32,000 nt of DNA from the NCBI RefSeq assembly GCF_902713755.1, contig NZ_LR744089.1, one strand, 5' to 3'. Numbering within the stretch: position 1 is the stretch's first letter; each line of letters opens with the position of its first letter. Source of the DNA: Candidatus Saccharimonadota bacterium (lineage in GTDB: Bacteria > Pseudomonadota > Gammaproteobacteria > Johnevansiales > Johnevansiaceae). This document shows, piece after piece, positions 8,737 to 21,433 of the stretch. Position numbers and translations under genes: made by a program. Under the pieces are notes generated by a model that was not told the DNA's origin, searched no databases, and saw only the letters and a program-made list of their open reading frames with translations.

Positions 8737-9054
8737 ATGAATAATAAAACTATAGAAATAATAAAAGAACAAATCAAAACAAATAAAATAATATTATATA
8801 TGAAAGGAACACCAAATTTTCCACAATGTGGTTTTTCAGCTAAAGCTGTTAACTATTTAATAAAATATTTAAAAACTTTTAAATTTATAAATATTTTAGA
8901 AAATATTCATATTAGATATGAATTACCTAAATTTTCTAATTGGCCTACATTTCCTCAACTTTGGGTTAATTCTAAATTAATAGGAGGCAGTGACATTATA
9001 GTTGAAATGTATAAAAATGGTGAATTAAAAAAATTAATTAAAAATTTTAAATAG
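8737..9054 (+). CDS. grxD: Monothiol glutaredoxin (Grx4 type)
   Basis: 105-aa ORF with the CGFS active site ([10 protein letters not shown]) and WPTFPQLWV...GG.DI, which are diagnostic of Grx4/GrxD. Confidence 0.9.
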   Translation: MNNKTIEIIKEQIKTNKIILYMKGTPNFPQCGFSAKAVNYLIKYLKTFKFINILENIHIRYELPKFSNWPTFPQLWVNSKLIGGSDIIVEMYKNGELKKLIKNFK

Positions 9055-9071
9055 CTAAGGAATTTGTAATA

Positions 9072-10289
9072 ATGTCTAAAAAAGTTATTCTTGCTTATTC
9101 GGGGGGATTAGATACTTCTGCTATTGTAAAATGGTTACAAGTCAATTATGGCTATGAAGTAATTACATTTACTGCTGATTTAGGACAAGAAAAAAAAGAT
9201 ATTGAATCAGCTTATAAAAAAGCAAAATTATTAGGAATAAAAAAAATTTATATAGAAGATTTACGAGAAATTTTTGTAAAACATTATATTTTTCCTATGT
9301 TCAGAGCTAATACAATTTATGAAGGTGGATATCTTTTAGGTACTTCAATAGCGCGTCCTTTAATTATTAAAAGATTATTAGAAATAGCTAAATTAAATAA
9401 TTCAAATATTATATCACATGGATCTACTGGTAAAGGTAATGATCAATTAAGATTTGAATTAGGTGCTTATTCATTAAATCCATATATAAAAATAATTGCA
9501 CCATGGCGTGAATGGAATTTAACTTCACGAAAAAAAATAATAAATTATTGTAAACAAAATAATATAAGTATTGATTTTTTTAAAAAAAATAAATCTCCAT
9601 ATTCTATGGATAATAATTTATTACATATTTCTTATGAAGGAGGATTATTAGAAGATACATGGAATGAACCAGAACATAATATGTGGAGATGGAGTAATAG
9701 TTTAAATAATACTCCCGATAAAGAAACATATATTGATATAACTTTTCAGCAAGGTGATCCAATTGCAATAAATAATGAATATTTAAAACCACATGAATTA
9801 CTAATAAAATTAAATAATTTAGGTAGTAAACATGGTGTTGGTAGAATTGATATTGTGGAAAATAGATATATAGGAATTAAATCTAGAGGATGTTATGAAA
9901 CGCCAGGTGGAACTATTTTATATCATGCGCATAAAGCAATAGAATCTATAACTTTAGATCATGAATCTATACAATTAAAAGATATTTTAATTCCTATATA
10001 TGCTGAAATGATTTATAATGGATATTGGTGGACCACCGAAAGAAAAATGTTACAATCTTTAATTGATACTTCTCAAAAATATGTTAATGGAGTTGTTAGA
10101 ATAAAATTATATAAAGGGAATGTAATAATAATAGGTAGAAAATCAGATCAATCTTTATTTAATTCATCTTATGCTACATTTGAAGAAGATAAAGGTATAT
10201 ATAATCAAAAAGATGCAGAAAGTTTTATAAAATTAAAATCAATACGTTTAAAACTTGCATCAATTCAACAACATACAAAATGTCTTTAA
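9072..10289 (+). CDS. argG: Argininosuccinate synthase
   Basis: 405-aa ORF. It has the N-terminal ATP-pyrophosphatase motif AYSGGLDTS, plus [13 protein letters not shown] and ENR.IG.KSRG.YETP. AAGGAA lies 8 nt upstream of the ATG. Confidence 0.95.
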   Translation: MSKKVILAYSGGLDTSAIVKWLQVNYGYEVITFTADLGQEKKDIESAYKKAKLLGIKKIYIEDLREIFVKHYIFPMFRANTIYEGGYLLGTSIARPLIIKRLLEIAKLNNSNIISHGSTGKGNDQLRFELGAYSLNPYIKIIAPWREWNLTSRKKIINYCKQNNISIDFFKKNKSPYSMDNNLLHISYEGGLLEDTWNEPEHNMWRWSNSLNNTPDKETYIDITFQQGDPIAINNEYLKPHELLIKLNNLGSKHGVGRIDIVENRYIGIKSRGCYETPGGTILYHAHKAIESITLDHESIQLKDILIPIYAEMIYNGYWWTTERKMLQSLIDTSQKYVNGVVRIKLYKGNVIIIGRKSDQSLFNSSYATFEEDKGIYNQKDAESFIKLKSIRLKLASIQQHTKCL

Positions 10290-10295
10290 TTTATA

Positions 10296-10324
10296 CTTGA
10301 AAAAAAATTATTTATCCACAATTA
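10296..10324 (+). promoter_or_regulatory. Candidate sigma-32 (heat-shock) type promoter for groES-groEL
   Basis: CTTGAAA (10296-10302), a 13-nt spacer, then CCACAATTA (10316-10324). The sigma-32 consensus is CTTGAA-N13-15-CCCCATnT. The site lies 46 nt upstream of the groES ATG, and a strong AGGAG SD sits at 10356-10360. The C-rich -10 element stands out in an otherwise A+T spacer. Confidence 0.4.
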
Positions 10325-10369
10325 ATAGAAAAAAGTATAATTTACTTTGTAAATCAGGAGAACGTAAAA

Positions 10370-10663
10370 ATGAAAATACGTCCTTTGCATGAACGTGTTG
10401 TAGTTCGTCGTGTAGAAGAGGAACAAAAAACTTCAGGTGGTATTGTTTTACCAGGTAATGCACAAGAAAAAACAACCAGGGGTGAAGTTATAGCTATTGG
10501 AAAAGGTAAAATACTTGATAATGGTGCTATCCGTCCTTTAGATGTTAAAATAGGTGATACAGTAATATTTAAAGAAGGATTTGGAGTAGAAAAACAAAAA
10601 ATCGAAGATGAAGAGCTTTTAATAATGAGTGAATCTGATATTCTTGGTATATTAGAATATTAG
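10370..10663 (+). CDS. groES: Co-chaperonin GroES
   Basis: 97-aa ORF: [30 protein letters not shown]...GEVIA.G. Confidence 0.97.
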   Translation: MKIRPLHERVVVRRVEEEQKTSGGIVLPGNAQEKTTRGEVIAIGKGKILDNGAIRPLDVKIGDTVIFKEGFGVEKQKIEDEELLIMSESDILGILEY

Positions 10664-10672
10664 ATAATTTAA

Positions 10673-12352
<1,680 letters not shown>

Positions 12353-12374
12353 TCATCTCATACCGTATAATATA

Positions 12375-12405
12375 CAAACCCGTTTTTATAACGGGTTTGT
12401 TTTTT
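12375..12405 (+). terminator. Rho-independent terminator after groEL, at the convergent junction with rpsA
   Basis: A 10-bp perfect stem, CAAACCCGTT (12375-12384) pairing with AACGGGTTTG (12390-12399), has a 5-nt loop TTTAT and is followed by TTTTTT (12400-12405). The T-tract overlaps the rpsA stop codon on the other strand. Confidence 0.75.
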
Positions 12406-13915
12406 ATAATTTTTCAGATAATGTTATCTTTCTATTTTTTATATCAATATTTATAATATATGCTGTAATTTGATCACCAATTTTATATTTAGAATTAATA
12501 TTAATATTTGCAATAATATTATTATTTAATTTTACTAATGCATCATTTTCATTTATTTCTATAATTTCTCCATTTACTAAAGATCCTTTATAAAAATATA
12601 TCATTGGATCTTGTTTTAACTGCTTAATACTTAAAGAAATCCGTTCACGTTCAGGATCAATAGATAAAATTAATGTTTCTATTTTATCACCTTTACGATA
12701 TTTATTACGTATTGTTTTATCATCTACTTCATTCCATGAAATATCTGATACATGTACTAAACCATCAATACCTCCATTTAAACCTACAAAAATACCAAAA
12801 TCTGTAATTGATTTAACAATCCCATTAACACGATCATTTTTTTTATGTTTTAAACTAAAATTTTCCCATGGATTTAATTTACATTGTTTGATACCTAAGG
12901 ATATTCTTCTTCTTAATTCATCTATTTCTAAAATCATTACTTCTACTCTTTCACCTATATTTACTAATTTAGACGGATTAATATTTTTATTAGTCCAATC
13001 TAATTCAGAAACGTGAACTAAACCTTCTATTCCATCTTCTATTTCTGCAAAACATCCATAATCAGTAATATTAGTTACACATGCTTTTACTTTTTTTCCT
13101 ACAGGATACCGGTCTTTGACATTTTTCCAAGGATCGTCACTTAATTGTTTAAGACCTAAAGAAACACGATTACGTGCACGATCAATTTTTAATATCTTTA
13201 CTTTAATCTCCTCACCTAAAGAAACTATTTCCGAAGGATGTTTAACACGTTTCCATGCCATATCTGTAATATGAAGTAATCCATCCATACCACCTAAATC
13301 TATAAAAGCACCATAATCTGTTAAATTTTTTACTATACCTTTAATAGATTTATCTTTATTTATTTTTTTATTTAAACTTTCATTACCTATTTCTAATACA
13401 GCTCTTCTTGATACAACAATATTATTTCTTTTTTTATCTAATTTTATTAATTTAAAATCAATATATTTTTTTTCTAAATGTAATGTATCCCTAATTGTAC
13501 GAATATCAACTAATGATCCTGGTAAAAAAGCACGTATTGAATTAATATCTACAGTAAATCCACCTTTTACTTTACCAATAATTATTCCTTTAACTATTTC
13601 ATTATTATTAAAAGCTTTTTCTAAATTTTTCCAATTTTCTAATCGTTTTGCTTTTTCACGAGATAATCTAGTTTCTCCAAAACCATCTTCTATGGTCTCA
13701 ATTACTACATTTATTTTATCACCTATTTTAACGCACACTTCATCTTTATCATTTTTAAATTGCTCAATATTTATTTTTACTTCTGATTTTAAACCTGCGT
13801 TAACTTTTATCCAATCTTTATCTATATTAACTATAGTTGCTTTAATTATAGATCCTGGTTTAAGATTTATATTATTTAGTGATTTTTCAAATAACTCAGC
13901 AAAGCTTTCGCTCAT
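12404..13915 (-). CDS. rpsA: 30S ribosomal protein S1
   Basis: 503-aa ORF made of repeated S1/OB domains (recurrent G.V..I...G.FV.L..G..GL.H.S). It starts [11 protein letters not shown], as in proteobacterial S1. Confidence 0.95.
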   Translation of the reverse strand: MSESFAELFEKSLNNINLKPGSIIKATIVNIDKDWIKVNAGLKSEVKINIEQFKNDKDEVCVKIGDKINVVIETIEDGFGETRLSREKAKRLENWKNLEKAFNNNEIVKGIIIGKVKGGFTVDINSIRAFLPGSLVDIRTIRDTLHLEKKYIDFKLIKLDKKRNNIVVSRRAVLEIGNESLNKKINKDKSIKGIVKNLTDYGAFIDLGGMDGLLHITDMAWKRVKHPSEIVSLGEEIKVKILKIDRARNRVSLGLKQLSDDPWKNVKDRYPVGKKVKACVTNITDYGCFAEIEDGIEGLVHVSELDWTNKNINPSKLVNIGERVEVMILEIDELRRRISLGIKQCKLNPWENFSLKHKKNDRVNGIVKSITDFGIFVGLNGGIDGLVHVSDISWNEVDDKTIRNKYRKGDKIETLILSIDPERERISLSIKQLKQDPMIYFYKGSLVNGEIIEINENDALVKLNNNIIANININSKYKIGDQITAYIINIDIKNRKITLSEKL

Positions 13916-14010
13916 AATAATCCTACATAATTAACTTTTTAATAATTCCGTACTATAAGCACGACCCATAATATATTAATTTTAATTTATTTTATTTATT
14001 TAAGCTACTC

Positions 14011-15330
14011 CTAATATTTTACTTCTTTTATTTTTATACCTATATTATTTAATAATTTTTTAAAATTAGGAAATGAAGTCGATACATTTATACAATCATC
14101 AATAATAATATCATCATTAGCTCTCAAAGCAGCTATAGTAAAAGACATAGCTATACGATGATCGCCATAGCTATTAATATATCCCCCTTTATATTTTTTT
14201 GTACCAATTATATCTATACCATCTTCATATACCTGATTTTTTACCCCAATAGTTGTAAAACCTTTCGCCATTGAACTAATTCTATCTGATTCTTTAACTC
14301 TTAATTCTGATGCACCTCGTAATCTAGTTATGCCTTCTGCATTAGCTGCAGCTACTAATAATATAGGTAATTCATCAATAGCTAAAGGTACTTGATCGAT
14401 AGGAATATCAATACCTTTAAGACTTGCATATCTTATATAAATATCTGCTACAGGTTCATTACACCAATTACTTTCATTTAATAAATTAATATCGGCTCCC
14501 ATTTTACGTAAAATATTAATTACTCCAATACGAGTAGGATTTATTCCAACTTTTTCTAATAATAATTCTGACTTAGGTATTATTGAGGCTGCTACTAAAA
14601 AAAACGCAGCGGAAGAGATATCCGCTGGTATATCAATATTAATAGCTTTTAAATTAGATCCACCAATTAAAGATATAGTATTATCTTTTTTTTTTATATT
14701 ATAACCAAAATTTTTTAACATACGTTCTGTATGATCTCTTGTACAACCATTTTCAATTATTTTTGTTTCACCTTTTGCATAAATTCCAGCTAATAATAAA
14801 CAAGATTTTACTTGAGCACTTGCTATAGGCATAATATATTTTATTCCCTTAAGCCTATTACCAATTATTTTAATTGGAGGTATACCTTCTTGATCAGTTT
14901 TTATTTTAGCCCCCATTAATCTTAATGGTATTGCAACTCTATTCATAGGTCTATTGTTTAGAGATTTATCTCCAGTCATTTGAGTATCAAATTTTTGTCC
15001 TGCTAATAATCCAGTCAATAACCTCATACTTGTTCCTGAATTACCTAAATATAATTTTTTTTTTGGATTTTTTAATCCATATATTCCTACTCCTGAAATA
15101 CATAATTTGTTATTTTTAGGCCCATAAATTGATACTCCCATTTCTCTAAATGCTTGTAAAGTAGCTAAACTATCATATCCTTCTAAAAATCCATTAATAT
15201 TAGTAATACCATTAGATAACGATCCAAACATAACGGCACGATGTGATATAGATTTATCACCTGGTACGATTATTTTTCCTTTTATTGGTTTAATAGTTCT
15301 TTTTACTATATATTTAACATTATTTTTCAT
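14011..15330 (-). CDS. aroA: 3-phosphoshikimate 1-carboxyvinyltransferase (EPSP synthase)
   Basis: 439-aa ORF with the EPSPS motifs PGDKSISHR, LGNSGTSMRLL, RVKESDR and DHRIAMSF. Confidence 0.95.
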   Translation of the reverse strand: MKNNVKYIVKRTIKPIKGKIIVPGDKSISHRAVMFGSLSNGITNINGFLEGYDSLATLQAFREMGVSIYGPKNNKLCISGVGIYGLKNPKKKLYLGNSGTSMRLLTGLLAGQKFDTQMTGDKSLNNRPMNRVAIPLRLMGAKIKTDQEGIPPIKIIGNRLKGIKYIMPIASAQVKSCLLLAGIYAKGETKIIENGCTRDHTERMLKNFGYNIKKKDNTISLIGGSNLKAINIDIPADISSAAFFLVAASIIPKSELLLEKVGINPTRIGVINILRKMGADINLLNESNWCNEPVADIYIRYASLKGIDIPIDQVPLAIDELPILLVAAANAEGITRLRGASELRVKESDRISSMAKGFTTIGVKNQVYEDGIDIIGTKKYKGGYINSYGDHRIAMSFTIAALRANDDIIIDDCINVSTSFPNFKKLLNNIGIKIKEVKY

Positions 15331-15335
15331 AATAC

Positions 15336-16409
15336 TTATTTTCTCTTTATTAATTGTTCTGGATAAGAACCTAAAATTTTTATTTCTGCACCTCGCATAT
15401 ATATTTCTTCTAATATTTTTTCTACCAAATTAGATTTACGATGTCCTTTTATTTCAATAAAAAATATGTAATTCCAAACTCCTTTGTTTTCTGGTGATGG
15501 TCTATTTGTTATACGTAATATATCAATATTATAACGATAAAATGGTTCTATTAATAAATAAAAAGAACCTATTTTATTTTTAATAGATATCATTAATAAT
15601 GTTTTATCATATCCTGTTATAGGACCATCTTTATCTGATAATATCAAAAATCTTGTATAATTATTAATACGATCTTCTATGTTTTGAGCAATTATTTTTA
15701 AAGAATAATAACTAGCAGCAATATCTCCAGCAATTGCTGCACTATTACTTTCATGTGTAATTATTTTTGAAGCTTTTGCATTAGAAGATACTGCAATTCT
15801 TTTAGCAAAAGGATAATTAGTATTTAACCAATTTTTACATTGAGCAAATGATTGATGATGTGAATAAATTTTTTCTATTTTTTTTTTTATATTTTTTTTT
15901 CCAATCATTAAATGATGATGTATTGATAATATTACTTCTCCACATATTTTTAATTTTGAATTAATAAAAGAATCTAAAGTATTATTTACTATACCTTCGT
16001 TTGAATTTTCTACAGGTACAACACCATAATTATATTTTTTATTTTCTATTGTATTAAATACATCTTTTACTGCTATACTTCTTACTGATTTCCCAAAATG
16101 TTTAATTACTGCTTGTTGAGTACCCTCTGTTTCCTCTGGACCCATATATGCTACTTGTATTGGTAATTCTAAACAAGCAGACATAATTTCTCTAAATAAT
16201 CTTGATATTTCTTTATTAGATAATGGTCCTTTATTATATTTTCTAATATTTCTTAAAACATGAGCTTCACGTTCATGACTATAAAAGTTTGTTTTTGGAT
16301 TTATTTTTGATACTTTTTTAGCACAAATAGCACGTTGACTAATTAAATTTAATAATTGATAATCAATATTATCTATATATTTTATAATTTTTTTTAAATC
16401 TTTTTTCAT
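15336..16409 (-). CDS. pheA: Bifunctional chorismate mutase / prephenate dehydratase (P-protein)
   Basis: 357-aa ORF. It has an N-terminal CM domain (IDNIDYQLLNLISQRA), a PDT domain (VAYMGPE..., VPVENS.EG, TRFLIL) and a C-terminal ACT-like region. It lies 5 nt upstream of aroA. Confidence 0.9.
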   Translation of the reverse strand: MKKDLKKIIKYIDNIDYQLLNLISQRAICAKKVSKINPKTNFYSHEREAHVLRNIRKYNKGPLSNKEISRLFREIMSACLELPIQVAYMGPEETEGTQQAVIKHFGKSVRSIAVKDVFNTIENKKYNYGVVPVENSNEGIVNNTLDSFINSKLKICGEVILSIHHHLMIGKKNIKKKIEKIYSHHQSFAQCKNWLNTNYPFAKRIAVSSNAKASKIITHESNSAAIAGDIAASYYSLKIIAQNIEDRINNYTRFLILSDKDGPITGYDKTLLMISIKNKIGSFYLLIEPFYRYNIDILRITNRPSPENKGVWNYIFFIEIKGHRKSNLVEKILEEIYMRGAEIKILGSYPEQLIKRK

Positions 16410-16425
16410 TTTTAAATACCTATTA

Positions 16426-18915
16426 TTAGTAACATAACCTCACAACAGATACTAATTTTTCTGCTTTATTAACACGTATTAATGTTACTCCTTGAGTATT
16501 ACGTGATCTACAAGATATTTCTTTAACTCTCGTACGTATTAAATTTCCCCTATTTGTTATTAAAATAATTTCATCACTTTCTTTAACTTTTATTGCTGAT
16601 ACTAATTTACCATTACGTTTTGAAGAACGCATTGCTATTACTCCTTGTCCACCACGTTTCCTTAAATTAAATTCTTCTAAAATAGTACGTTTTCCATATC
16701 CTTTTTCTGAAGCTGTTAAAATATAATATTTTTGTGATTGTTTGTTATTTTTTATAATTATTAAACTAATAACTTTATTATTATAAAATAAACGCAATCC
16801 CATTACACCCATAGCTTTACGTCCCATTACACGTACTTCACTTTCTTTAAAATAAATAGATTTTCCATTAGAAGTGTGTAACATAATTAAATTATCTTCC
16901 CCATAAGTAATAGCAGCACCTATTAAACTATCTCCTTCTTCTAAATTAAGTGCAATTATTCCACAATTTCTGTGTCTTATAAACTTTTTCATATTAGTTC
17001 TTTTTACTTTACCTAAAGCAGTTGCAAAAAATATATAATTATTTATTTTTATTTCATCATTTATTGCAAGTATTGCAGTAATTTTTTCATTTACATCTAA
17101 AGAAAGTAAATTTACTAAAGGTCTACCTCTAGAAATTCTACTATATTGTGGAATTTCATAAACTTTAAGCCAATATACTTTACCTTTATCAGAAAATAAT
17201 AAAATTGTATCGTGGGTTGATGCTACTAATAAATGCTCAATAACATCTTCATCATTTATACTTGTAACTAACTTACCTCTACCACCTCTTTTCTGTGCTT
17301 GATAAACCGAAATGGGTTGTATTTTAGCATATCCTGATCTAGAAACTGTAACTACCATTTTTTCTTCATTAATAAGATCAACCGTATTTATTTCATTACG
17401 AATAGCCTTAATTGTAGTTTTTCTATTATCTCCATATGTACAACTTATTTCAATTAATTCATTACGAATTATTTCCATTAAATAATCAAATGAAGATAAT
17501 ATTTTTTTTAACTTAGTTATTTTTTTCAAAGTATTTTTATATTCAACAAAATAATTTTTACTTTCTAAACTAGTTAAACGATGTAATCTTAAATCCATAA
17601 TTGCTTTAATTTGATATTCATTTAACTTATATTCATCTATAAAAATTTCTTTACATAAATTATTTGTACAATTTTTCCATTTTATATTAATTAATTTATT
17701 TTTAGCTTCTTTTAATGAAGAAGCTGATTTTATTATTTCTATAACAATATCTATATTAGATATTGCAATTATTAATCCTTCAATCATATTTTTACGTTTT
17801 TTAAATTTTTTTAATTCATATAATGTACGTCGTTTAATTACTTCTATACGTTGATTAATAAAAGCTTCAATAATTTGTTTAAGATTAAATGTTTTAGGTT
17901 TACCTTTATCTACAGCTACCATATTTATACTATAAACAACTTCCATTTGAGTATGTGCAAAAAGATTATTTAATATAATTTCACTTGATTCATAACGTTT
18001 TATTTCTATAACAATCCTTAACCCATCTTTATCTGATTCATCTCTAAGCTCATTTATACCAGATAACATTTTATTTTTTAATAACTCCACTATTTTTTCA
18101 ATTAACCTAGCTTTATTAACTTGATATGGTAATTCTGTTATAATGATAAAATCATTACCTTTATTTTTTTCAATTATATATTTCGCACGTATATAAATAC
18201 TACCCTTTCCTGTTGAATAAGCATCTAAAAGTCCAGACTTACCATGAATTATACCTGATGTAGGAAAATCTGGACCATTTATATATTTCATTAAATCTTC
18301 TATTGCAATATTCTTATTATCAATAAAAGCTAAACATGCCTTTATAACTTCTTTTATATTATGAGGAGGAATATTAGTTGCCATACCAACAGCAATCCCA
18401 CTTGTACCATTTATTAATAAATTAGGTATACGACTTGGTAATACGTCTGGTATTTTTTCAGTACCATCATAATTATCAACCCAATCTACTGTAGATTTTT
18501 CAAGATCATATACAAATTCACTAGTTATACGAGACAATCTTACTTCTGTATATCTCATTGCCGCTGCATTATCACCATCTATTGATCCAAAATTTCCTTG
18601 ACCATCAATTAATACATATCTCATAGAAAATTCTTGGGCCATTCTTACAATTGCATCATAAACCGCACTATCACCATGCGGATGATATTTACCAATTACA
18701 TCACCTACTACACGTGCAGATTTTAAATAATTTTTATTCCATACATTATTTAATTCATGCATAGCAAAAATTACACGCCGATGCACAGGCTTTAAACCAT
18801 CCCGTATATCTGGAATAGCACGGCCTATTATTACACTCATAGCGTAATCAATATAAGAGTTTTTTATTTCATCTTCAATTGTAATTGGTAAAATTTCTTT
18901 ATTTTTTTCCAACAT
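16426..18915 (-). CDS. gyrA: DNA gyrase subunit A
   Basis: 829-aa ORF with DGLKPVHRR, the QRDR-type segment [26 protein letters not shown] (catalytic Tyr) and C-terminal beta-pinwheel repeats. Confidence 0.98.
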   Translation of the reverse strand: MLEKNKEILPITIEDEIKNSYIDYAMSVIIGRAIPDIRDGLKPVHRRVIFAMHELNNVWNKNYLKSARVVGDVIGKYHPHGDSAVYDAIVRMAQEFSMRYVLIDGQGNFGSIDGDNAAAMRYTEVRLSRITSEFVYDLEKSTVDWVDNYDGTEKIPDVLPSRIPNLLINGTSGIAVGMATNIPPHNIKEVIKACLAFIDNKNIAIEDLMKYINGPDFPTSGIIHGKSGLLDAYSTGKGSIYIRAKYIIEKNKGNDFIIITELPYQVNKARLIEKIVELLKNKMLSGINELRDESDKDGLRIVIEIKRYESSEIILNNLFAHTQMEVVYSINMVAVDKGKPKTFNLKQIIEAFINQRIEVIKRRTLYELKKFKKRKNMIEGLIIAISNIDIVIEIIKSASSLKEAKNKLINIKWKNCTNNLCKEIFIDEYKLNEYQIKAIMDLRLHRLTSLESKNYFVEYKNTLKKITKLKKILSSFDYLMEIIRNELIEISCTYGDNRKTTIKAIRNEINTVDLINEEKMVVTVSRSGYAKIQPISVYQAQKRGGRGKLVTSINDEDVIEHLLVASTHDTILLFSDKGKVYWLKVYEIPQYSRISRGRPLVNLLSLDVNEKITAILAINDEIKINNYIFFATALGKVKRTNMKKFIRHRNCGIIALNLEEGDSLIGAAITYGEDNLIMLHTSNGKSIYFKESEVRVMGRKAMGVMGLRLFYNNKVISLIIIKNNKQSQKYYILTASEKGYGKRTILEEFNLRKRGGQGVIAMRSSKRNGKLVSAIKVKESDEIILITNRGNLIRTRVKEISCRSRNTQGVTLIRVNKAEKLVSVVRLCY

Positions 18916-18944
18916 ATAATTATTTCCACAATACTATAATAGTA

Positions 18945-21314
18945 TTAAACATTATACTTACTAAGTACACTAATTACATCAAATTTTATATTAATAATTA
19001 AAGTTTTAAATAATCTAAATGCTTCTCTTTTATATTCTTCTATAGGATTTTTGTGTACATAACATCTAAGATGAATACTATTCATGATATAATCCATCAT
19101 TTGTAAATGTTCTTTCCATCTTATATCAAACACTTGTAATATAGTGTTTTTTTCAAAATCTTTTATTCTTTGTTTACCAAATTTTTTACAATTATATTTA
19201 TATATATTATTAGATTTATCTTTTATTTTATTAATTATAAATATATATCCCTTATCAATATTATATTTATATATATTTAAATTTAATATTGTTTTTATAT
19301 TTATTAATAACTTATTTATATTATAAGTTTTTTTATATTCATATACAATTTTATAAATTACTTCATTTCTAATATATTTTATATATTCAGAAATATTATA
19401 ATTAAATAATATTTCATCTCTTTGATTATAGACTATTTTCCTTTGATAATTTGAAATATTATCATATTCTAATATTTGTTTGCGTATATCAAAATTATGA
19501 ATTTCTACTTTTTTTTGAGCTTTTTCTACTGCTTTATTAACTAAATTATGTTCGATAGCTTCACCATAAGATAACCCTAAAATATTCATCATTTTTTTTA
19601 TTTTATTAGAACCAAATAACCTCATTAAATTATCTTCTAAAGAAATAAAAAACCTAGTTGATCCTGGATCCCCTTGCCGGCCTGCGCGTCCTCTTAATTG
19701 ATTATCAATTCTTCTAGATTCATGTCGCTCTGTTCCAATAACATGTAAACCACCAGATTTTATTAACAAGTTTTTACTCCATGTGTGTTTTCCACCTAAT
19801 AAAATATTTGTACCTCTACCTGCCATATTAGTAGCAATAGTAATAGTACTATAAATGCCTGCTTTAGCAATTATATTAGCTTCCTTAGAATGATTTTTTG
19901 CATTAAGTATATTATGTGATATTTTTTGTTTTTTTAATATATAAGAAATATATTCTGAATTTTTAATTGAAGTAGTACCTACTAATATTGGACGACCTTT
20001 ATAAAAATTGTTTTTTATATCTCTAATAATAGCTTCAAATTTTTCTTTTGTAGATAAAAAAATTAAATCATTCATATCTTTACGTATTATAGGTTTATTT
20101 GTTGGAATAACTAATACATCTAGTTTATAAATTTTATTAAATTCATATACTTCTGTATATGCTGTACCAGTCATACCTGTTATTTTAGAATAAAGTCTAA
20201 AATAATTTTGTAAAGTAATATATGCTAAAGTATTACTTTCATTTTTTATATTTACTCCTTCTTTAGCTTCTATAGCTTGATGTAACCCATCTGACCATCT
20301 TTTTCCTGGCATAATACGTCCTGTATTTTCATCTACTATAATTACTTCATTATTTATAATAATATAATCAACATTTATTTTAAATAAATAAAGTGCTAAT
20401 AAAGCTGCTTTTATTTTTTTTATTAAATCTATATTATTAACTGAATAAAGAGAATCATTTTTTTTTATTATTTTTTTTGATTTTAAAATATCTTCTATAT
20501 ATTTATATCCTTTTTCAGTTAATTCAACTTGTTTATGTTTTTCATCTAAAATAAAATCGCCTTTTTGATGTTCATATTCAGTAATTTTATAACTTCTTAA
20601 GTTTTCTGCTATATTTTTTATTAAATAATATATTTTAGTATATTCATATGAAGGTCCTGAAATAATTAATGGGGTACGAGCTTCATCTATTAAAATAGAA
20701 TCTACTTCATCAATTAAAGCAAAATTAAGTTTTCTTTGAAATTTTTCTTTAATTGAATAAACCATATTATTACGTAAATAATCAAAACCATATTCATTAT
20801 TAGTACCATAAGTAATGTCGGCTTTATAAGCATTCATCTTTTCTTTTAATCTTTGTTCAGCATAAATATTTTTTATACTTAAACCAAGAAATTCATATAA
20901 TGGACGCATATTATTAGAATCTCTTTTTGCTAAATATTCATTTATTGTTATTACATGTACACCAAGACCTGTTAATGCATTTAAATATGTAGGTAAAGTT
21001 CCTACAATAGTTTTACCTTCTCCAGTTTTCATTTCAGAAATAATACCCTTATGTAAAACTATTCCTCCTATTAGTTGAACATCAAAATGACGCATACCAA
21101 TTATACGTTTGCTAGCTTCTCTAATAGTAGAAAACGCTTCAGGTAATAACATATCAAGTAAATCACCTTTTATTATTCTTTTACGAAATTCTATGGTTTT
21201 ATAACTTAATAAATCATTATTAAGTGAAATAAAATGATTTTCTAAATCATTTATTATATAAACTATATTACTTATTCGTTTAATTTCACGATCATTTTTA
21301 TTATAAATAAACAT
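18945..21314 (-). CDS. secA: Preprotein translocase ATPase SecA (shortened C-terminus)
   Basis: 789-aa ORF with MRHFDVQLIGG, MKTGEGKT (Walker A), DEVDSILIDEARTPLIISG and RGRAGRQGDPGS. It is about 110 aa shorter than E. coli SecA at the C-terminal end. Confidence 0.98.
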   Translation of the reverse strand: MFIYNKNDREIKRISNIVYIINDLENHFISLNNDLLSYKTIEFRKRIIKGDLLDMLLPEAFSTIREASKRIIGMRHFDVQLIGGIVLHKGIISEMKTGEGKTIVGTLPTYLNALTGLGVHVITINEYLAKRDSNNMRPLYEFLGLSIKNIYAEQRLKEKMNAYKADITYGTNNEYGFDYLRNNMVYSIKEKFQRKLNFALIDEVDSILIDEARTPLIISGPSYEYTKIYYLIKNIAENLRSYKITEYEHQKGDFILDEKHKQVELTEKGYKYIEDILKSKKIIKKNDSLYSVNNIDLIKKIKAALLALYLFKINVDYIIINNEVIIVDENTGRIMPGKRWSDGLHQAIEAKEGVNIKNESNTLAYITLQNYFRLYSKITGMTGTAYTEVYEFNKIYKLDVLVIPTNKPIIRKDMNDLIFLSTKEKFEAIIRDIKNNFYKGRPILVGTTSIKNSEYISYILKKQKISHNILNAKNHSKEANIIAKAGIYSTITIATNMAGRGTNILLGGKHTWSKNLLIKSGGLHVIGTERHESRRIDNQLRGRAGRQGDPGSTRFFISLEDNLMRLFGSNKIKKMMNILGLSYGEAIEHNLVNKAVEKAQKKVEIHNFDIRKQILEYDNISNYQRKIVYNQRDEILFNYNISEYIKYIRNEVIYKIVYEYKKTYNINKLLINIKTILNLNIYKYNIDKGYIFIINKIKDKSNNIYKYNCKKFGKQRIKDFEKNTILQVFDIRWKEHLQMMDYIMNSIHLRCYVHKNPIEEYKREAFRLFKTLIINIKFDVISVLSKYNV

Positions 21315-21323
21315 ATATTACGT

Positions 21324-21397
21324 TACGTCTGAAGGGATTTGAACCCATAACCTTTACCGTCGGAAGGTAAAGCTCTATCCAATTGAGCTACAGACGT
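21324..21397 (-). tRNA. tRNA-Arg (anticodon CCG)
   Basis: Hand-folded from the reverse complement: ACGTCTG-TA-GCTC-AATTGGATA-GAGC-T-TTACC-TTCCGAC-GGTAA-AGGTT-ATGGG-TTCAAAT-CCCTT-CAGACGT-A. There is one T:T mismatch in the T stem. The D-loop resembles arginine tRNAs. It lies 9 nt upstream of the secA ATG. Confidence 0.8.
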
Positions 21398-21403
21398 ATC
21401 AGG

Positions 21404-21433
21404 AATGGAGAAACACTGCCAATGGAGAAACAC
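21404..21433. repeat. 17-nt-period tandem duplication (AATGGAGAAACAC twice)
   Basis: AATGGAGAAACAC occurs at 21404-21416 and again at 21421-21433, separated by TGCC. It sits in a 42-nt spacer that has about 38% G+C by my hand count, far above the other spacers. Confidence 0.8.

Noticed and set aside
13916-14010. A possible cmk pseudogene remnant in the 95-nt aroA-rpsA spacer, where cmk lies in related gene orders.
   Set aside because: The spacer is too short and too A+T-rich to show any reading frame or motif by eye. It also has to hold the rpsA RBS (AGGA) and possibly a promoter.
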